A stretch of 64,000 nt of DNA from a bacterium. GTDB taxonomy: Bacteria > Margulisbacteria > Marinamargulisbacteria > GCA-2716485 > JAYNIM01. Below are positions 28,177 through 37,396 of this stretch, in pieces. The stretch lies in assembly GCA_038109055.1 (NCBI GenBank), contig JAYNIM010000001.1:323565-387564 (forward strand). The letters run 5' to 3'. Made by a program: the position numbers and the translations under genes. Positions within the stretch are counted from its first letter, which is position 1; each line of letters opens with the position of its first letter. Under the pieces are notes generated by a model that was not told the DNA's origin, did not search any database, and saw nothing but the letters and a program-made list of their open reading frames with translations.

Positions 28177-28575
28177 TTACGTGACAAAACGTTTATTATC
28201 TTCTATCCCGTCTTTGTATTTGTTATAGGTTCCTTCCTTGTATCCTTCATTTTGACGTTTCTCGTTTAATTTATTTTTTTTAAAATACAAGCTAAATACA
28301 TCTTTTGCCTCTAGGCCTGCAATGGTACACATGGACACCCAAAAATGTAGCATATCTACCAACTCTATTTTTACATTATCCCAATCCTCTTCATCTTTCT
28401 TCCACCATTTCCAATTTAAACTATCAATCGCTTCTGCTGATTCTTGTTTTAGGGCCAACTCAAAGTTTAAAAACCATTTTTTTCTTATTTCAGGATCTTT
28501 AATTTCATCGTATAGTTTTGGATTAATTTTTTTATTTAGCTCAATTTGTTTTTCGAATACACGTTCTAAGTCCAT
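28177..28575 (-). CDS. dimeric (all-alpha, dUTPase_2 family) dUTP diphosphatase-like protein
   Basis: NWKWWKK, ELVDMLHFWVS and KKNKLNEKRQNEGYKEGTYNK match the conserved dUTPase_2 / MazG-like blocks. Confidence 0.7.
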   Translation of the reverse strand: MDLERVFEKQIELNKKINPKLYDEIKDPEIRKKWFLNFELALKQESAEAIDSLNWKWWKKDEEDWDNVKIELVDMLHFWVSMCTIAGLEAKDVFSLYFKKNKLNEKRQNEGYKEGTYNKYKDGIEDNKRFVT

Positions 28576-28681
28576 ATTGCACCTTCCTTCTTACTCATTA
28601 TAGCCTTTGACACCTTTAATCTCAATTTTAATACAATCCCAAATTATTGACATATTATATTATAATATATATTATTGACAT

Positions 28682-30187
28682 ATGATTTCTAAACTTAATA
28701 GCGCTGCTGTCATTGGTATCCAAGCTGTCTATGTTGGCATTGAAGTAGAGGCTGCACGAGGACTACCTAGTGAGCAGATTGTTGGATTGCCGGACAAGGC
28801 CATTCGAGAAAGTAAAAACCGTATTAAAGCAGCCATTAAGAGCTCTGGTTTTCGTTACCCAGTTATGGCCTTTACCATCAATTTATCACCTGCTGACTTA
28901 CCAAAGGAAGGCGCTCTATTCGACCTTCCTATTGCTGCGGCCATGCTCAAAGCTACACGTCAGCTAGTATTGCCTGATAATGTTTTTTTAGCTGGAGAAT
29001 TGGGCCTTGATGGCTACGTCCGCCCGATAAGAGGAGCCGTTTGTATCAGTTCGATGGTTAAAAATATGGGTTTCAAAACGCTTCTTCTTCCCTCTGAGAA
29101 TGCAAAAGAAGCTGCCTTAATTCCGGATATTGATGTGTTTGGTATCTCCTCGTTAAGCCAGCTCACATCCTTTTCTCGTTTACATAAAGTTGTTTCTGAC
29201 CCTCCTCATGTTTTTGCGTCTCCATCACTTCTTGATTTTGCTGATGTTAAAGGTCAGTTTGCTGCTAAGCGCGCATTGGAAATTGCAGCGACTGGCCATC
29301 ACAATATTTTATTTTCAGGCACTCCTGGATCTGGAAAAAGCATGCTTTTAAAGCGTTTACCTACCATTCTCCCGCCTTTATCCGATTCAGAATCTATTGA
29401 TTGCTTTAAGATTTCTAGCGTCACTCATCTATACAATAGTCAGAAGCAATTCACTTTATCCCGCCCTTTTCGCTCTCCACATCATAGTATTTCTTATGCA
29501 GCTATGGTTGGGGGTGGTAGCAGAGCTCTTCCAGGAGAAATTACCAAAAGTCATCACGGGGTGTTGTTTTTGGATGAGTTTCCTGAATTCAGCCGCCAGG
29601 TTATTGAGTCTTTACGTCAACCCCTTGAGGATCGACATATTACTATTTCTCGTGCTAATTCATCTATGACCTATCCAGCTAATGTTTTACTTGCTGCAAG
29701 CATGAATCCCTGTCCTTGTGGTTTTTATAATGATTCTCTCAAAGCCTGTATCTGTCAGCCCTCTGATATTCAGCGGTATTACAGGAAAATTTCAGGACCT
29801 ATCTCTGATAGGATTGATATTCATTTACTTATTCCTCGTTTAACGATGAAAGATTTTAATACCTCTGGCTTATCTTTACAGTCTTATTATACTTCTGAGC
29901 GCATGCGCCAACGTATTTTAAAGGCGAGACTTTTTCAATCTCAGCGCCATCAATCTTGTCCCAATTCTGATTTAAATGAGTCAGATATTCATTCTTTTTG
30001 CCAACTAGAAAAAAGCTGCCACGAACTTCTAATGCGCAGTATTGATCAAGGTTTTATTTCTGGCCGCTCATATACCTCTGTTCTTAAATTATCACGAAGT
30101 ATTGCTGATTTAGATCAACAAAAGACGATTTCTAAGGAATTTCTTTTAGAAGCGATGCAATATAAAAAAATTACCAAAACTGTATAA
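28682..30187 (+). CDS. comM: Mg-chelatase-like AAA+ ATPase YifB/ComM
   Basis: N-terminal Lon-protease-like S5 fold region, Walker A GTPGSGKS, Walker B LFLDEFPEF, C-terminal Mg-chelatase subunit domain. Confidence 0.88.
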   Translation: MISKLNSAAVIGIQAVYVGIEVEAARGLPSEQIVGLPDKAIRESKNRIKAAIKSSGFRYPVMAFTINLSPADLPKEGALFDLPIAAAMLKATRQLVLPDNVFLAGELGLDGYVRPIRGAVCISSMVKNMGFKTLLLPSENAKEAALIPDIDVFGISSLSQLTSFSRLHKVVSDPPHVFASPSLLDFADVKGQFAAKRALEIAATGHHNILFSGTPGSGKSMLLKRLPTILPPLSDSESIDCFKISSVTHLYNSQKQFTLSRPFRSPHHSISYAAMVGGGSRALPGEITKSHHGVLFLDEFPEFSRQVIESLRQPLEDRHITISRANSSMTYPANVLLAASMNPCPCGFYNDSLKACICQPSDIQRYYRKISGPISDRIDIHLLIPRLTMKDFNTSGLSLQSYYTSERMRQRILKARLFQSQRHQSCPNSDLNESDIHSFCQLEKSCHELLMRSIDQGFISGRSYTSVLKLSRSIADLDQQKTISKEFLLEAMQYKKITKTV

Positions 30188-30263
30188 GATAATTATGATT
30201 ATTTCGTGCTATGACACTCTGTATCATTACGTAGCACTCTATTCAAAACTCCCTTAAAATATT

Positions 30264-30695
30264 TTACTTAACTTTTAAAGATTGTGCCATTTCTCCGAAT
30301 GAAAACCCAAAATTAGATTCTTTTTTTCTAGGCTCACTGGTTTCTTCTACTCTGTCTTCGCTGGCTACTTCGGCATCTTCTTCCTTATTATTACTACCAT
30401 AATCCTGCAAATATTTTCTGTGATTTTCGTAACCGCCATCATCTTTTTGTTCTATGGCATTCTCATTATTATATGCATCTTCATTTTGTAATTCATGTTT
30501 TTTGGGTTCTGCAATATCTCTTGCGTACTTTCTTAGAGCTGACCCTTGGATTCCAAACTTTTTATTAAATTCATTTGCATCTAATATATATCCTTCGCTA
30601 TCTTCATCTACATAAGCAAGGCAAGGTAATACGCATAAAAAAATGATTGTTGATACGATAACACAGCTCTTTGTTATCTCATATTCTTCTTTCAT
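30264..30695 (-). CDS. hypothetical acidic protein with N-terminal signal/anchor
   Basis: 143 aa; one hydrophobic segment (VIVSTIIFLCVLPCLAYV) then a D/E/N-rich tail; no family recognised. Confidence 0.4.
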   Translation of the reverse strand: MKEEYEITKSCVIVSTIIFLCVLPCLAYVDEDSEGYILDANEFNKKFGIQGSALRKYARDIAEPKKHELQNEDAYNNENAIEQKDDGGYENHRKYLQDYGSNNKEEDAEVASEDRVEETSEPRKKESNFGFSFGEMAQSLKVK

Positions 30696-30731
30696 CTTTG
30701 CATTGTAAACCTACTCTATAAATGCAACAAG

Positions 30732-31130
30732 TTACTTTTCTGTTATATCTATAAAATCATCAATTTCTGATATCGTTTTCTCGTGGAAACCCTCCTTAAT
30801 TAGTTGATCTTTTAATCGGTCTTCATCTTCTTCTTTTTTCGTTATCTCCTGACACATTACATTTAGCATTTTTGCAAAACTCTCTTCCTTTTTTATTTTT
30901 GACTCATAATTAAATGCGACTTTCTCCCCTTCAATTTCTATGACTAATTTTAGCCCATTTTCTAAATCAATCTCATCTCTTTTCTCCTCTTCATTTTGAA
31001 GATGTGTAATTAGATTGACTATCTGATCATTGTTTTGTTCGAATATTTTTATTAATTCTTTTTCTATTATTTCTGTCTTTGAACTTAACTTTAGTCCTTT
31101 AAGTTCAATAAAATATTCTGACAAATCCAT
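30732..31130 (-). CDS. hypothetical small acidic cytoplasmic protein
   Basis: 132 aa, strongly E/D/K-rich, no family recognised. Confidence 0.4.
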   Translation of the reverse strand: MDLSEYFIELKGLKLSSKTEIIEKELIKIFEQNNDQIVNLITHLQNEEEKRDEIDLENGLKLVIEIEGEKVAFNYESKIKKEESFAKMLNVMCQEITKKEEDEDRLKDQLIKEGFHEKTISEIDDFIDITEK

Positions 31131-31193
31131 TATCTCCCCCCCCTTGTATTTCTTTATGCCCTGTTTTTTAGTCTTTTAAACGTTTTATTTTTT

Positions 31194-31811
31194 TTATAAC
31201 TGAACAACTTCTACCAAATCTGGTACGGACTCTTTAATACGACTTTCTATACCCATTTTTAGAGTCATGGTAGATGATGGACATGTGCTACACGCACCTT
31301 GAAGTTCCAGTGTTAGAATACCATTTTCATAGCTATAGAATTGACAGTCTCCTCCATCCATAGCAATCGCAGGCCGTATTTCATCATCTAAAATTTGCTT
31401 AATAGTTTTCACAACTTCGCTATCATCTTCTGATTTGCTAGCGAGATTATTAAGGAGTTCTTCGGATAAGATGATTTCGTTTTCTGTTATACAGCGCTTT
31501 ATGGTATTACTGGCATCTTCTAATACATCTTCCCAGCCACAAACATCCGTTTTCGTAACCGCAATAAAATTACACCCAAACATCACTTGTTCGATCCCGT
31601 TAATATCAAGCAATTCTTTGGCCAGAATGGCCCCTTCAACATCTGAATTTTTAGTAAAAGTTAGGCTACCTTTTTCAAGAATTTTCCTATTTATCAAAAA
31701 TTTTATGGCATTAGGATTAGGCGTTGGCATTGCCGATATATCAAGCTCTTCTTTATTTTTCATCTTTGTCCTTTTTTCATTGATTATTTGTGATTTCTTT
31801 TTATTTGTCAA
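31194..31811 (-). CDS. NFU1-type Fe-S cluster scaffold (Nfu_N + NifU C-terminal domains)
   Basis: PTPNPNAIKFLINRKIL (Nfu_N) and IRPAIAMDGGDCQF..LQGACSTCPSS (CxxC NifU domain). The start may be the ATG at 31763. Confidence 0.8.
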   Translation of the reverse strand: MTNKKKSQIINEKRTKMKNKEELDISAMPTPNPNAIKFLINRKILEKGSLTFTKNSDVEGAILAKELLDINGIEQVMFGCNFIAVTKTDVCGWEDVLEDASNTIKRCITENEIILSEELLNNLASKSEDDSEVVKTIKQILDDEIRPAIAMDGGDCQFYSYENGILTLELQGACSTCPSSTMTLKMGIESRIKESVPDLVEVVQL

Positions 31812-31826
31812 TTTTTGCGCATTATT

Positions 31827-32453
31827 TTATTTAAGAGTATTTTTTTGACAGTTCATATTAATACAGCATCGACGACAATCCGCTTTCCTGGCTGTACAGA
31901 TTGCTCGTCCGTGTAAAATTAATAAACTTGAAAGATCTGTCCATATATTTTTGGGCCAACATTGCATCAATTCATACTCTTTTTTGACCGGATCTTTCTG
32001 TAATGAAAAGCCTATTCGTGTACTTAATCGGTTCACATGCGTATCTACGGTTATAGCGGATTCATTGAATACTTGACCTCGTAGTACATTCGCAGTTTTT
32101 CTCCCTACACCAGGAAGCTTCACTAATAATGATAGTTCTTTGGGAACTACACCTTTATATTCTTTTGTAATAATCCTAGCAGTTTCTTTGATATTTATTG
32201 CTTTATTATTAAAAAAATTTATACTTTTTATTTTTTCTTTTATGTCGTCTAATGCTGCCTGACTTAAGTTCTGAGCTGTTGGATAAGCGTTGAATAATTC
32301 TGGAGTTACTTTATTGACACGTTCATCGGTGCATTGCGCTGATAATATAACGGCTATTAATAATTGAAAGGGAGACTCATGATTCAGGAATGTTCCGACA
32401 TCACCATATTCTGTTCTTAATTTTCTATAAATAACTAACGCAGTCTCTTTAAT
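31827..32453 (-). CDS. nth: endonuclease III, apparently initiated at a non-canonical ATT codon
   Basis: In-frame reading from 32465: ..IKETALVIYRKLRTEYGDVGTFLNHESPFQLLIAVILSAQCTDERVN..LVKLPGVGRKTANV..CTARKADCRRC (HhH-GPD plus 4Fe-4S cysteines). The ORF track shows only the last 98 aa because no ATG/GTG/TTG occurs in the first ~113 codons. Confidence 0.8.
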   Translation of the reverse strand: MKETALVIYRKLRTEYGDVGTFLNHESPFQLLIAVILSAQCTDERVNKVTPELFNAYPTAQNLSQAALDDIKEKIKSINFFNNKAINIKETARIITKEYKGVVPKELSLLVKLPGVGRKTANVLRGQVFNESAITVDTHVNRLSTRIGFSLQKDPVKKEYELMQCWPKNIWTDLSSLLILHGRAICTARKADCRRCCINMNCQKNTLK

Positions 32454-32460
32454 AAAGTAC

Positions 32461-33246
32461 TCACCTTAACATCAACTCTATACCTACAGGACAGTGATCA
32501 GACCCCATTACTGATTGTCTGATAAAGGCATTTTTGACGTAGGGCATACAGTCCTTTGTCACAAAAAAATAATCAATACGCCATCCGACATTGTTAGTTC
32601 GTGCTCTTGCACGATAGCTCCACCAAGAATACTGATTGGGCTCTTTATTAAATGCTCGAAATGTATCGATGTAACCATACTGTTCAATCATACGATCAAT
32701 CCACTCTCTCTCTACTTTCATAAATCCTGATGTATGTTCATTTTGTTTAGGTCTAGCTAAATCTATTTCTGTATGTGCCGTATTATAATCACCGCAAATC
32801 ACGAGATGCTTACCTTCCTTCTTAAGTTCTTCACAGTAGTCAAAAAAATCCTGATAAAAATCTAACTTATACTGTAGTCGTTCGTCATCTCTTTGCCCAT
32901 TTGGGAAATAACAATTTAACAAAAAAAACTCGTCATATTCGCTAATTAATACTCTGCCTTCTGTGTCATATTTCTTATTCCCAAACCCTTCTATAACAGT
33001 TTTAGGCTTTGGTTTTGTAAATGTTGCAACCCCACTATAGCCTTTGCGATCAGCACTATGCCAACTACTATGATAGTTTGGTAAATCTGTCATGTGGGGG
33101 GCTAAATCACTTCTTAATGCTTTTATCTCTTGTATCCCTAAAACATCCGGATTTTCTTGCTCGATAAATTCGAAAAAGCAATTTTTCTTAATACAGGCCC
33201 GAATGCCATTTACATTCCAAGATATTAGTTTGAGATTTTTCTTCAT
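32461..33246 (-). CDS. xth: exodeoxyribonuclease III
   Basis: LISWNVNGIRA, LGIQE, CGDYNTAH and SDHCPV blocks. Confidence 0.92.
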   Translation of the reverse strand: MKKNLKLISWNVNGIRACIKKNCFFEFIEQENPDVLGIQEIKALRSDLAPHMTDLPNYHSSWHSADRKGYSGVATFTKPKPKTVIEGFGNKKYDTEGRVLISEYDEFFLLNCYFPNGQRDDERLQYKLDFYQDFFDYCEELKKEGKHLVICGDYNTAHTEIDLARPKQNEHTSGFMKVEREWIDRMIEQYGYIDTFRAFNKEPNQYSWWSYRARARTNNVGWRIDYFFVTKDCMPYVKNAFIRQSVMGSDHCPVGIELMLR

Positions 33247-33687
33247 TTTATAAATTTATACCTTTCCTTTGAGGCTTTACTTTAGATTGTTTCCACAATT
33301 TTTTCAACGTATTTTTATCCCCTTCGCTTAACTATTAATTTGTGATATTCACACTATCACTTCCAACCAATGTTATCTTTACAATCTCCATTGTTGCTTT
33401 ATCTTGTTTTCGTTTTATATCCTCTACAATTATTCGCTTAAAATCCCTTTATCAGAATATTTGCAACCTATGCTTGCTGAATGATTTTTTTGGATAGGCC
33501 TTTAGCTAAATCTTTTTCTCCCTTAGTCAGGGTTTCTATAAAATCATCCATTTAAATATTTTTTTACTAACAGAACAACGCCATTTTTTGTTTTTTTCTA
33601 CCATTTCAAGGTATTAAAACAATTTATCAACTATTAGTTTTGTTTAGTTTCTTTTAATTCTATTTTTTTTGTATTACTATTGGATAT

Positions 33688-33963
33688 ATGTCCATAAATC
33701 AGTTACCTCCTAGTAATTCCTCGGGTCTTAATCCTAATTCTTCTTCAGAGGCCGCTTCAGTTAGTTTTTTTGGCTCTTTAGAGGCAAAAAAAATGAGTAA
33801 GGGCAGTATTAAAAATATGGTTATGGGTATGGCGGAGATAGCTGCCTCAATGGGTCAAACAAATGATATTGAAGGATATGCTGAGATGATGTCTGAAGAT
33901 ATTTATGAATCTATTAAAAAGGTTGAGAGAAAAAAGAAACGAAAGAAAGGCAATACTCCATAG
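33688..33963 (+). CDS. hypothetical small protein
   Basis: 91 aa; S/N/P-rich N-terminus and lysine-rich C-terminus; preceded by a 440-nt gap; no family recognised. Confidence 0.3.
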   Translation: MSINQLPPSNSSGLNPNSSSEAASVSFFGSLEAKKMSKGSIKNMVMGMAEIAASMGQTNDIEGYAEMMSEDIYESIKKVERKKKRKKGNTP

Positions 33964-33964
33964 A

Positions 33965-36085
33965 CTAGGTCTCATTTTCACCTAATTTTGTCGCTATAAA
34001 GTGTAGTATCTTTTTAACTTTCAAAGGTAGTTTACCAAAACGATCACGTAGCGTATGTCTTAACTCAATAAGCTCTTCTTCCCTCTGAACTATTTGTATT
34101 TGTTTGTAAAACCACTGTCTATCTTGATCTCCACTCATGTAGTCACTTGGCAGGCTATATAATCTTGGATTTAAATTTATTTTTCTTTTTTGCGTTTCAT
34201 TCCTCAGTCTGCTTAATGTCTCCTCAATCATTTTACAATATAATGAAAATCCCACATCAAATATATGACCATGTTGTTGCTGACCAAACATGGCTCCTGC
34301 GCCCCTGATTTCTAAGTCTTTCATTGCTAGCGTATACCCAGACCCTAATACGGCAGACGCTTTGATTGCCCTCAATCTTTTTTTTGCTTTTTCTGTCATC
34401 TCCTCTTCTTTGTTTATGAGTAAGTAAGCGATTCCTTGCCTATGCCCCCTTCCTACTCGTCCTCTGAGCTGATGTATTTGTGCTAAACCAAAGTTTTGTG
34501 CTTCATCGATTATCAGAGTATTTGCATTGTGAATATCTAGTCCATTTTCTATGATTGTTGAACATAATAAAACTTGACTCTCACCTTTGATAAAGGATTG
34601 CATTATTTTTGATAATGCCTGAGCGGATAATTGACCATGTGCTATATCGATTTTTATGTTTGGACATAAGGTGCTTAGATATTTTTTCTTTTTCTCCATA
34701 TTTTCTATATTGTTATATACATAAAATACTTGTCCTTTTTTCGAAACCTCTTTCTCTATTGCTTGTTTTATTATCCGATCTTCTCGTAGTGATAAAATGG
34801 TTGTTACTGCTTTTCTTCCTTTTGGAGCTGTGGATATTTTTGAAATATCTTTGGCGCCGGTTAAGGCATGATATAGTGTTCTTGGAATGGGCGTAGCTGA
34901 TAAGGTCATAACATTAATATTGTTCTTGAGATGTTTTATTCGTTCTTTATGCCTTACTCCGAATCGTTGTTCTTCGTCTATTACCAATAAGCCAAGATTC
35001 GCAAATTTGACATCGTTTTGTAGTACACGATGTGTTCCAACTAATATATCTATTTGCTGTTTTTCTATCTGTTTAAGATAAATTTTCTGTAAAGATGGCT
35101 CAATTAAACGTGATAATTGCGCTACTTTTATAGGGAATTTCTCTAATCTTTTTTTTATATTTTTTTCATGTTGCTGAGCTAATATTGTTGTGGGCACTAA
35201 TATTAATACTTGTTTATCATTCTCTACTGTCTTAAAAGCGGCTCTCATCATTACCTCCGTCTTTCCGTATCCCACGTCACCACAAATCAGACGATCCATC
35301 ACCCTACCATCTTCCATCTCTTCTTTTATTTCTGTTACGGCCCTTCTTTGATCTTTTGTTAACTCAAACTCACATTGATTCTCGAAATCAAGCTGCCATA
35401 AACTATCTTCTTTATATTTTATCCCCTTCGTCTCTCTCCTTTTTTTATGACAATGATAGATGTCTTCTAGCATTGTATTCAGCTGTGTTTGAACTCTTGC
35501 TTTTTTCTTTGACCATTCTCCTCGATAGAGGTGAGTCAGTGTTGCCTTTTCTTGTTCATTGTAGGGGTGTATTTTTTCTAAATTATCAATACTGATATAT
35601 AAATGGTCACTGTCTTTAAACTTTAATTCAAAAAACTCCCCTTGTAGCGATGTTGTTTTTATGTGCTTTAAGCCTTTGTATTGGGCAATGCCGTGATCCT
35701 CGTGGACGACATAGTCATCGATTTCAAAATGTTGGAACTCTGTTTTTGGATGTTTTGTTTGCTCTAATTGTAAAGGATCTTGTTTCTTTGGAACGCTCTG
35801 CACTTTTATCTCGTCTTCCTCTTTTTTACTTCTCTGGGTCTCTATGTCAAATTGACTTAGTCGCTCTATACAGTTGCCGTTATATTCAATACGATTAGGA
35901 TGTTTGTTTGTGTACCCAAATATATCAATAATTTCACCCCTTACAGCAAATTCACCTCTTACTAACACCATGTCTACCCTGCTATACCCTAAGTGACTTA
36001 ATGTTTCTATTAAGTCTGTATAATTGACAGTGTTTTGTTTTGTAATGTTAAAAATTTTTTTGTGCTTGTCTTTAGCAGTTTTCAT
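33965..36085 (-). CDS. mfd: transcription-repair coupling factor, short form
   Basis: 706 aa. CarD-like RID (EIDDYVVHEDHGIAQYKGL), GDVGYGKTEV, VIDEEQRFGV, SATPIPRTL and the TRG region LRGRVGRG. Only ~118 aa precede the RID, versus ~480 in E. coli Mfd. Confidence 0.85.
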   Translation of the reverse strand: MKTAKDKHKKIFNITKQNTVNYTDLIETLSHLGYSRVDMVLVRGEFAVRGEIIDIFGYTNKHPNRIEYNGNCIERLSQFDIETQRSKKEEDEIKVQSVPKKQDPLQLEQTKHPKTEFQHFEIDDYVVHEDHGIAQYKGLKHIKTTSLQGEFFELKFKDSDHLYISIDNLEKIHPYNEQEKATLTHLYRGEWSKKKARVQTQLNTMLEDIYHCHKKRRETKGIKYKEDSLWQLDFENQCEFELTKDQRRAVTEIKEEMEDGRVMDRLICGDVGYGKTEVMMRAAFKTVENDKQVLILVPTTILAQQHEKNIKKRLEKFPIKVAQLSRLIEPSLQKIYLKQIEKQQIDILVGTHRVLQNDVKFANLGLLVIDEEQRFGVRHKERIKHLKNNINVMTLSATPIPRTLYHALTGAKDISKISTAPKGRKAVTTILSLREDRIIKQAIEKEVSKKGQVFYVYNNIENMEKKKKYLSTLCPNIKIDIAHGQLSAQALSKIMQSFIKGESQVLLCSTIIENGLDIHNANTLIIDEAQNFGLAQIHQLRGRVGRGHRQGIAYLLINKEEEMTEKAKKRLRAIKASAVLGSGYTLAMKDLEIRGAGAMFGQQQHGHIFDVGFSLYCKMIEETLSRLRNETQKRKINLNPRLYSLPSDYMSGDQDRQWFYKQIQIVQREEELIELRHTLRDRFGKLPLKVKKILHFIATKLGENET

Positions 36086-36773
36086 TTTTGGGTGTTACGC
36101 TAAAAATGACAGCGTTTATTGTTTTTGGTTTGTAGATTAATATTTTTTTTGCTACGGCCTCTACACTTGCCCCTGTTGTTAAAATATCATCATAAATGAC
36201 AACGTTTTTATTTTCTATTTGCCCTGCGTTTGCATTGTCAATTTCAAATGCATTCTTTAAAGCCGCTTTTCTTTTTTGATGATTTAATGTGTATAGGTAA
36301 GGTGTGTTTTTGGTTCGATAAACCAGCTGTTTATTTATCTGCTTCATAGGGATGCACCTGTCAAATAACACGTCTAACACATCATACCCTCTTTCCTTAT
36401 ATCGTTTTTTATGACTGGGTACGGGAACCCATAACGTTGACATGTCTACTACGCTCTTAAGATCATCTATTCGCTCCTTGATAGATCTATTTAGTCGTTT
36501 TCCCATCGCCATATTTTTATTAAATTTCAGCTCATGTAGTGCTGACTTTATACATTGATGGTAGTCTGCAAAATACCAAATCTTGTTTATCCCCCTTATA
36601 TGCATCGGATCTGTTTGGAGTAATAATGTAAACTCTTTTTCACAAGTCGTACATACTAGATCTAAACAAAGTTTTCGACATCCATAACATTGATTTGGAA
36701 AACAGTATTTTAATACAGTGATTACTTTATTTTTAGCGATTATCGCTTTTTCTTTTAATGTCATTCTCCCCAC
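36072..36773 (-). CDS. comF: ComF family phosphoribosyltransferase-like protein
   Basis: N-terminal CxxC..CxxC zinc motif (QCYGCRK..CTTCEKE) and C-terminal PRTase loop VVIYDDILTTGAS. Confidence 0.75.
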   Translation of the reverse strand: MGRMTLKEKAIIAKNKVITVLKYCFPNQCYGCRKLCLDLVCTTCEKEFTLLLQTDPMHIRGINKIWYFADYHQCIKSALHELKFNKNMAMGKRLNRSIKERIDDLKSVVDMSTLWVPVPSHKKRYKERGYDVLDVLFDRCIPMKQINKQLVYRTKNTPYLYTLNHQKRKAALKNAFEIDNANAGQIENKNVVIYDDILTTGASVEAVAKKILIYKPKTINAVIFSVTPKNENC

Positions 36774-36782
36774 GTTTTTGAC

Positions 36783-37310
36783 CTATATAAGTTGATTTAA
36801 TCGTTTTAACAAGGCCCTTTTTTTACGTATAGAAAAGGGAGATAAAAAATTCATGCTTGCTAATTCTAATATAATTTCTCTTCGTTCACGGTCTAACTCT
36901 GCCTCTGCCTCCAAATCCTTAAGACGATGTCTTAATATTGGTTCTATTTTTGCGTTTTGTGTTTCCAAAAATTGTATACGATTTTTTAAATCAGCTATAT
37001 GTTCCTTCTGTTGACGTAATTGTGCATGTTTATCTATTTGCTCATTTACAATACCTTCGTCTGTCTGTTCTCTTTCCTCTAAACGTAACGTTGTATTTAT
37101 TTTTATTTTGGCATTCTTTTTAGACCTTAAATACTTGTCTAGTGCCTCCTGAGAAACTAAATATTTAGGGGCGCCTCTTCCAGATTTATCTGGATCAAGA
37201 TATTCCGCGACTAGTGATCCTTCCTGTATCGCTTTTTTAAGTTTGTATTTACTTAATTTCCCCAAGGTCATTTTCTCTATTTCGTATATGCTATATTTTC
37301 CCTTTTTCAT
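36783..37310 (-). CDS. hypothetical protein, possible N-terminal HTH plus coiled coil
   Basis: 175 aa; N-terminus resembles excisionase/MerR-type HTH (YSIYEIEKMTLGKLSKYKLKKAIQEGSL), then heptad-rich E/K/Q/L region. Confidence 0.35.
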   Translation of the reverse strand: MKKGKYSIYEIEKMTLGKLSKYKLKKAIQEGSLVAEYLDPDKSGRGAPKYLVSQEALDKYLRSKKNAKIKINTTLRLEEREQTDEGIVNEQIDKHAQLRQQKEHIADLKNRIQFLETQNAKIEPILRHRLKDLEAEAELDRERREIILELASMNFLSPFSIRKKRALLKRLNQLI

Positions 37311-37396
37311 TTTTTTACCTATTTTTCACATTGATTCTAGTTAATGCTCTATTTATTTTCAATGACGATTTTTGCTTCTTTTGCTATTCTATTCGT

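Noticed and set aside
28643-28682. Direct repeat ATTATTGACATA (28643-28654 and 28671-28682) with TTGACA and TATAAT hexamers upstream of comM
   Set aside because: The TTGACA-to-TATAAT spacing is only ~8 nt, and the second TTGACA abuts the ATG. In AT-rich intergenic DNA this is not enough to call a promoter or operator.
33470-33552. 27-aa minus-strand ORF (MDDFIETLTKGEKDLAKGLSKKIIQQA) in the 440-nt gap upstream of xth
   Set aside because: It is too short and has no SD or family resemblance. Neighbouring frames are broken by stops, so it may be a gene remnant but cannot be supported.
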